Notes under the pieces: model-generated | Databases searched by the model: none | The model's input: the letters and a program-made list of their open reading frames with translations, nothing else | Told to the model about the DNA's origin: nothing | Made by a program: the position numbers and the translations under genes | Assembly: GCA_029258885.1 (NCBI GenBank) | Contig: JAPDJW010000001.1 | Coordinates: 215,466 to 279,465, forward strand | DNA: 64,000 nt | Origin: Thermoproteota archaeon | GTDB lineage: Archaea; Thermoproteota; Thermoprotei; Thermofilales; B9-G17 | Reading direction: 5' to 3' | Part shown: positions 59,301 to 64,000 of the stretch, piece by piece | Position numbering within the stretch: the first letter of the stretch is position 1 | Layout of the letters: every line of letters starts with the position of its first letter

Positions 59301-60704
59301 CCAGGTTTAAGACCTGGGGAAAGGGTATATGCAAGAGCTATAGTTGGCTTATCTACAGGAGAATGGGAGGTATTAAGGCTTAAGGACTACATAGGAACAA
59401 TGTTTTCCCCCGATACTAGGCCTTTCGTCAGTGACACGGAGCTAGTATGTATTGTTCCAGCGGATCTACTAAGGGAGCTCGGCAAGGAGATAGGGGATAC
59501 GCTTGACATAAGAGGATATTCCCTGAGAATAGTTGGAAACCTATCGGAGCCATCCCTCTATTTCAACTATGTAACCGATAATAAAGGCGAACCCCTGCTT
59601 CCTCTCGAAATGGAGGCTCAGCAGAGAGAAGTTGAGGTCAGGTACGTAGAGCCCGGAATGATAATCATTGTTCCAAGCAAGGTAGCTGAGATGCTTGGAG
59701 GAGAAGTATTCGCCGTTAGAATAGTGCCTAAGAATAAAGACAGGGATACTTTGTATCGTATAGCGAGCGAAATAGCATATTTCTTCGAGTACGACGTAAC
59801 GTACACGTATTTTGACTCAGAGAGAGGTAAATATATTGCAGTAAGGCTCGCTAAGGTAACGGCACAGCAGGTGCTAGGGCAGGAGGTCATACTGCCAGCA
59901 GCCATACTTATAATGATAATATTGAACTCAGTCATGGGCGCCGTCCACGAGAGGAGAACTGAGATAGGAATATTCAGCTCTGTAGGATTATCACCACTAC
60001 ACGTCGCCGGAATGTTCCTAATGGAGTTCATTATAGTATCCGTGGTCGGAGCATACCTAGGCTACATGATCGGAGTACTAACGCCCCAGTTCATAGGAGG
60101 ATTAAAGATAAAAGCAGGATCTATATGGCTTGTAATAGCCGTCCTCGTCTCAATAGGCGTAACCCTACTCTCAACTCTCTACCCAGTAAGGTTCGCATCA
60201 AAGCTAGTTACGCCATCCCTCGAGAGAAAATGGAGGCTAGAGAGACAGGCAATAAGAAGAGGAGATACGTTCTACGTAAAGATACCCTTCGTAATAACTA
60301 AGGAGTACGTCGATGGCGCGCTGCTCTATCTAGCAGAATACCTTGATCTCTTTAGATCAGAAAGAGAAGGTGCATTCGCTGTTGACGAAATGCACTATGA
60401 GGAATTTACCGAGGCTGGAGCACCCGTGCGAAAGTTGTCAACAAAGGTAAGAGTAAAGCCTTTCGACTGGGGTGTAACTATGAGGGCGGATATAGTAGTG
60501 AAGGAGGCTGGCCCCACCACGACATGGGAAATAATATGTAGAAGACTTACAGGAGTAGAGCATATATGGGTTAGAGGCGTAAAGAACTTCGCGGACACAA
60601 TAAGAAAGCAGCTGCTTATGTGGAGAGGCCTTACACCTGAGGATAGAGAAGACTACGTTAGGAGGGCGAGGAAAGAGCTGGAAAGATTAAAGGGGAAAAG
60701 CTAG
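56304..60704 (+). CDS. giant fusion: M28/PA peptidase-like ectodomain + MacB/FtsX-type permease + cytosolic C-terminal domain
   Basis: Signal peptide; LSSLGTRVSGY, PGADE; RNLRRRKLRT.L; ERRTEIGIFSSVGLSP FtsX motif; ATG 56304 with GAGGTG RBS. Confidence 0.85.
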   Translation: MVKFKRSIIGITLVIVLLLMSLAIQNGINVKASPEEIEVLNLNKDNILKHVEYLSSLGTRVSGYNQCNLAAQYILNKLKEYGLNAWLENFTVTVPVSYGAYLKMEGRTINAYPLAPNLVETCYVNGLSGQLEYIEVKNRDLSDFNGHEVKDRIILMDYDSGDAWRWAVYLGAKAVVFVYDPEKDVESPYRDDFFKRMWVPVDFPRILVYKEDIADLLSKIREGGVEGEIGVNMVYENRISYNVIGEIEGSDPNFKDQMLILATYYDSWSIVPDLAPGADEALGPAILLEVANEVAKKGAIRTVRFIFFSGYHQALAGVRNYVYYHKKTDLDKTVFVIEIQASTATEEIGFFDRGNYFGHLIGSAEAPRNFMENAKRGIFYRVAYDYFGVNASYVVESYNPSHASPELPRYFCIEHFTLASIPGLAIAPISLSEYRKSPYDTYDRVYRNRDKIYKIADIYATISLYYAKYCTELRLWGSALKLNRITILEGRVLLHNKTTGRYSPVPNALITFIYDPRARGIAFHYLIIKADENGHYRFVYPADSDRGAYYVTAFSDYPTEGPVDYGPDMGVYARGWRVQSVGERSYAETVVFPAGSLVVFDVLNPETLEPLGWFLGSIWIVDHETQRFADYFGLMTEMIGFCWGEKYFTGTMMFFINPKINEMKAIDISLSPPGYIWASCILTNRSRGYTIGKGQQYIETFSIIRIFENIRLLNEERYRLSRKTRLYIESVEESFKIIDEKWPKVIEALKNKDYTKARALALYAYSAERRAYVDLRYNLLDASYTSIFFLLMALPFAYLMERLLFEFEDLKKRAVAMFLIFIFSVLYMSYAHPGFCLVANVFLTALSFLMIVLTTIPLILVFNSAGGALKELRTKIIGKHFEEMDKLSAFVLSMSLGLRNLRRRKLRTTLLIISILIVTMAFVSIISVVSARYIAPVEQLELDHAHVGIMIRRSLIERALSPQVLQVIYHMYGDELEYILPVVFAYPRGLERQTGIYLGPGLRPGERVYARAIVGLSTGEWEVLRLKDYIGTMFSPDTRPFVSDTELVCIVPADLLRELGKEIGDTLDIRGYSLRIVGNLSEPSLYFNYVTDNKGEPLLPLEMEAQQREVEVRYVEPGMIIIVPSKVAEMLGGEVFAVRIVPKNKDRDTLYRIASEIAYFFEYDVTYTYFDSERGKYIAVRLAKVTAQQVLGQEVILPAAILIMIILNSVMGAVHERRTEIGIFSSVGLSPLHVAGMFLMEFIIVSVVGAYLGYMIGVLTPQFIGGLKIKAGSIWLVIAVLVSIGVTLLSTLYPVRFASKLVTPSLERKWRLERQAIRRGDTFYVKIPFVITKEYVDGALLYLAEYLDLFRSEREGAFAVDEMHYEEFTEAGAPVRKLSTKVRVKPFDWGVTMRADIVVKEAGPTTTWEIICRRLTGVEHIWVRGVKNFADTIRKQLLMWRGLTPEDREDYVRRARKELERLKGKS

Positions 60705-61855
60705 ACAATAGGCTTGACTCCGGCCTCCTGCCATTTCTCTCTAGCTAGCTTTCCCTCATACTTAAATACTCTAACCATCTCTTTGGCTTCCTCTCTCTTT
60801 TCCTGATGTTTTTCCAGAAAGTTACTAATTTTCTCAGCTAGATATAGCTTACATTCACCGCAGAGAATTTCTCCATTAATGCATTTCAAATATCTCTCCC
60901 TCAAATTGTTATCGTCTTCCTCAAAGAATATCTCTAGCCATTTAAACACAGTACAAATTTCAGGATTTCCTCCTCTCTCCCTCTGAAGCTTAGCCGTAGG
61001 CTGACCACCAGTAAAAGCATACTTAATAAGCTTTCCTTCAATCGACTCCGGTGGATCGGTTAGGAAAACGGCCGTTTCACGTTCGCTAGCACTCATTTTA
61101 CCCTCAGGACCAGTTAATGCTGGCATAAACTTGCTGTGGATAGCTGCGGCTTTATAGTAGCCGAGCTTCTCGGCAATATCCCTCTGAATCCTCCAGTATG
61201 GATCCTGATCTATACCGCACGGTATGAGGCATCTCCTCCTCTCGAGCATTGTCGGTGCAGCCTGCATGGCAGGGAAAAATATCATGCCAATGTTGGCCTG
61301 CGTATCAAACCCGAACACCGCTCTAGCCGTTGAGAAGGTTACCTTCTTAGCTATCTGAACAGCTATCTCGTAGATTTTCGGATACTCCATGTTCTCGAAT
61401 ATAAAAGTCCTATCGGGATCGAAGCCTACTGCAATTATATCCAGGATATTATCGTAGGAGTATTTCTTAACGTCACTGTAGCTTAAGTTACGTTTAAAGA
61501 GAAACTTCTCATCGTCGGTTATCTGAATATACAGGTTAACCTTAAACCTGTCCTGAAGCCACTTCGTAAAGTAGAAGGGAACTATGTGGCCTATGTGCAT
61601 CGGACCAGATGGACCCCTGCCAGTATACAGGAAGAAGCCCCTGCTCTCTCTATAGTCCTTTAAAACTAAATCCAGATCCCTGTGGGAGAAGAAGTACCTA
61701 CGCCTAAGGAACAGCGGTAGATCTCCAGTAAGCGACCTTATTTCAGCCATAAGTTCGTCAGTAATTTCCTGAGTACCAAACTCCTCTATAAGTTTTCTAT
61801 AATCAACCCTACCCCTAACTTCCCACGGCGTAACAACAAACTCATTGGACGCCAT
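60701..61855 (-). CDS. trpS: tryptophanyl-tRNA synthetase
   Basis: YTGRGPSGPMHIGH, QITDDEKF, GIDQDPY, KMSAS. Confidence 0.97.
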   Translation of the reverse strand: MASNEFVVTPWEVRGRVDYRKLIEEFGTQEITDELMAEIRSLTGDLPLFLRRRYFFSHRDLDLVLKDYRESRGFFLYTGRGPSGPMHIGHIVPFYFTKWLQDRFKVNLYIQITDDEKFLFKRNLSYSDVKKYSYDNILDIIAVGFDPDRTFIFENMEYPKIYEIAVQIAKKVTFSTARAVFGFDTQANIGMIFFPAMQAAPTMLERRRCLIPCGIDQDPYWRIQRDIAEKLGYYKAAAIHSKFMPALTGPEGKMSASERETAVFLTDPPESIEGKLIKYAFTGGQPTAKLQRERGGNPEICTVFKWLEIFFEEDDNNLRERYLKCINGEILCGECKLYLAEKISNFLEKHQEKREEAKEMVRVFKYEGKLAREKWQEAGVKPIV

Positions 61856-61983
61856 AGGTTAACCCTCCGGTTAATATCAGTTAAAAACAACATGAATATT
61901 TAATAATTACCTTTCCGGCTGTCTTCTAATTTAATATCATTAGCTTTCTCATCTGAAAAGAAATATAAGTAACCCTTCAACTA

Positions 61984-62541
61984 ATGGGGAAAGCACTGTT
62001 AGAGGTAGATCTCTTGTATTCAGGGAGGCTTGACGAGATAATGGCTCTCCATCCAGAGGCAGAAACAGTACTTGATATAGGATGTGGAAACGGGAGAAAC
62101 ACCAAATATTTCCTAAATAAGGGACTAGATGTCTACTGCATCGATGTAGACCTGGAAAGTCTAAAAATGCTGATTGCTTCTGAGGCCGATAGATACACTC
62201 TCATGCCCTTACGCTGTAATGCAAACTTTCCTCTTCCATTTAGAGATAAAACCTTTGATATAATCATAGATTCATATCTATATACCTTCATACGAGATAG
62301 GATGGGATATGCAGGCGAGGTACATAGAATACTGGACGAGAATGGAATATTTCTATTGGAGTTCGACATGACGCCGCATATATACACACATGAAAAACTG
62401 GAGAAATATCTCCATCCCTTCATTTGCTTATTCAGAATAGAAAGGAAATACAGGATATATCATGAATGGGGAAACGTGGCAAACGAAGAGCTAAGGCACG
62501 TGCCAGCAATAAGCCTAGTAATGAGGCCAAAATTACTTTAA
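61984..62541 (+). CDS. class I SAM-dependent methyltransferase
   Basis: VLDIGCGNGRN, CIDVD, PFRDKTFDII. Confidence 0.88.
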   Translation: MGKALLEVDLLYSGRLDEIMALHPEAETVLDIGCGNGRNTKYFLNKGLDVYCIDVDLESLKMLIASEADRYTLMPLRCNANFPLPFRDKTFDIIIDSYLYTFIRDRMGYAGEVHRILDENGIFLLEFDMTPHIYTHEKLEKYLHPFICLFRIERKYRIYHEWGNVANEELRHVPAISLVMRPKLL

Positions 62542-63135
62542 GTACCTACTAGCTACGCCCACGATCCCTTCTCTAAGCATAGTTACAGCTATTACAGCCA
62601 ACAGAAAAGCCATAATTCTAGAGAAGACTAGGAGGAAGTTTCTGCCTAGTTTCGACAGAATCCAGTCACTACACCTCAATATAATCCAGGCAAAAGCAAC
62701 ATTTAAAATAACTGACGTAAGCGTTGGAGCAAAACCATACAGGGAATTCAGGTAAATAACGGTATATATGCTGCCCGGACCAGCCATCAGCGGAGTAGCC
62801 ATAGGGAAAATAGCAATATCCTCGCTTCTAATAATCTCAGCCTCAACCCTACCCAAAAGTCCCTCAACAGCCAATATTAAAAGCAGAATCCCTCCAGCAA
62901 TACGGAAGTCGTCCAAGGTAACCCTATAGTAGCTTAAAAATAGATCCCCGAAAAACATGAAGAATATCAGGAGACATCCAGCAATAACAACAGACCTAAA
63001 AAATATCCTATGCCTACGTCTGCGATCCATATCCTTCGTCAACATATAGAATATAGGCACATTACCTATAGCATCAAAAACTATAAACAGCATAAAAAAC
63101 GAGTCCAAGTAGGCTTTCGCTATATAGCTAGGCAT
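62533..63135 (-). CDS. MarC-family membrane protein
   Basis: DAIGNVP, FRIAGGILL, AIFPMATPLMAGPGSI, SRIMAFLL. Confidence 0.92.
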   Translation of the reverse strand: MPSYIAKAYLDSFFMLFIVFDAIGNVPIFYMLTKDMDRRRRHRIFFRSVVIAGCLLIFFMFFGDLFLSYYRVTLDDFRIAGGILLLILAVEGLLGRVEAEIIRSEDIAIFPMATPLMAGPGSIYTVIYLNSLYGFAPTLTSVILNVAFAWIILRCSDWILSKLGRNFLLVFSRIMAFLLAVIAVTMLREGIVGVASRYLK

Positions 63136-63200
63136 AGGGGCAAAGATATAAATCAGAAATATATTTCTTCCGCAGCCAATTTACACAACATTCATCAAAT

Positions 63201-63902
63201 TCATCCATCTGGCCTCGTGAGAAGCTTCATTAATTTCTCGTATACTCCAAGCCTTCTGCTTAAATTTTCCATAAGAGCTAAGTCTATAGTATCCCTGTAT
63301 TTCCTCAGTAGAAAAAGTGCATCCTCAATCTTACCATACATTATCAAGTATGGAATTAGATCCTCAACTCTTACAATTCTTACAGGAGTACATTCAATAT
63401 GATAGCTTCTAGCCCTCCTCAACCTTTCCTTATCGATTTCGCTAGCAAATACAATATCAAGCCTAAAAACGGGAATCTCCGAGTGAATACCTACAGCCCT
63501 CGAACGTTCCCTGAAAGCTAACATAAAATCATAATCTGAAACCATAAAGCCAGAGGCTTTCGCTATATCAAGAAGCTTATTCAATTCAGTTATATCATTC
63601 ACATCAACTATTATATCAACATCCAGCGTCGTTCTAGGCCTACCATACATCACAACAGCAAAACCGCCGGTCACAGCATATAGTATCTTCTCCTCATTCA
63701 GCCTCCTAATCAAACCCAAGAATATATCCTTAAGCTTCTCCCAAGAACAATCATCCTTCCTCAACGAGGAAAAAAACCTAAGGAACCTAACCATTTCATT
63801 CAGCATATCCTTAGGCGATAAGCCCCTCGTCTGACGAATCTCCAACGTAATCTTATCAACTAACCTACCATAATAATACATTCGCTCCAACTTAACCCCC
63901 AT
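63201..63902 (-). CDS. nucleotidyltransferase-fold protein (DUF6036/AbiEii-like) with N-terminal extension
   Basis: YAVTGGFAVVMYGRPRTTLDVDII (GG...T.DVD) motif. Confidence 0.75.
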   Translation of the reverse strand: MGVKLERMYYYGRLVDKITLEIRQTRGLSPKDMLNEMVRFLRFFSSLRKDDCSWEKLKDIFLGLIRRLNEEKILYAVTGGFAVVMYGRPRTTLDVDIIVDVNDITELNKLLDIAKASGFMVSDYDFMLAFRERSRAVGIHSEIPVFRLDIVFASEIDKERLRRARSYHIECTPVRIVRVEDLIPYLIMYGKIEDALFLLRKYRDTIDLALMENLSRRLGVYEKLMKLLTRPDG

Positions 63903-64000
63903 CGTTCACTCTTACATTTAAGTAGTATACAATATTAAGTTTCCCCTAATGTAAAATAGTTCTAAAGAGCTTATAAAACATACAAGAATTCAGAGAGAAG

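Overview
64-kb core-genome window from an archaeon. The gene set (Alba, topoisomerase VI A/B, TopA, DUF1512, PhoH-KH, long Trm112, CarS, GGTGA-type RBSs, frequent TTG/GTG starts) points to TACK/Thermoproteota; this is inference and the lineage is not resolved further. It holds about 60 protein genes, mostly housekeeping (AspRS, TyrRS, GluRS, TrpRS, TpiA, DNA ligase, XPB-like helicase, RNase J-like, ADP-forming acetate-CoA ligase, KaiC module). There are 6 intron-less tRNA genes and 5-7 intergenic C/D-box guide sRNAs, several with recognisable rRNA or tRNA targets. No CRISPR array, transposase or integrase was seen. Most interesting: (1) a 50.0-60.7 kb locus with a membrane-anchored gingipain(C25)-like protease, two OPT-like transporters and a ~1470-aa fusion of an apparently catalytically dead M28/PA domain with a MacB/FtsX permease, with no ABC ATPase in the window, which may be an uncharacterised peptide capture/uptake system; (2) a tRNA-Gly(GCC) whose acceptor-stem positions 1-3 do not Watson-Crick pair; (3) an orphan CdvA-like gene; (4) a ribophorin-I-like protein; (5) a C/D guide predicted to methylate U34 of the tRNA-Pro(UGG) encoded in this window; (6) VirB2-like and class III pilins, a Cbp1-like triple HTH and a ThermoDBP-like small protein. 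All family calls come from motif recognition by eye; no database searches were run.
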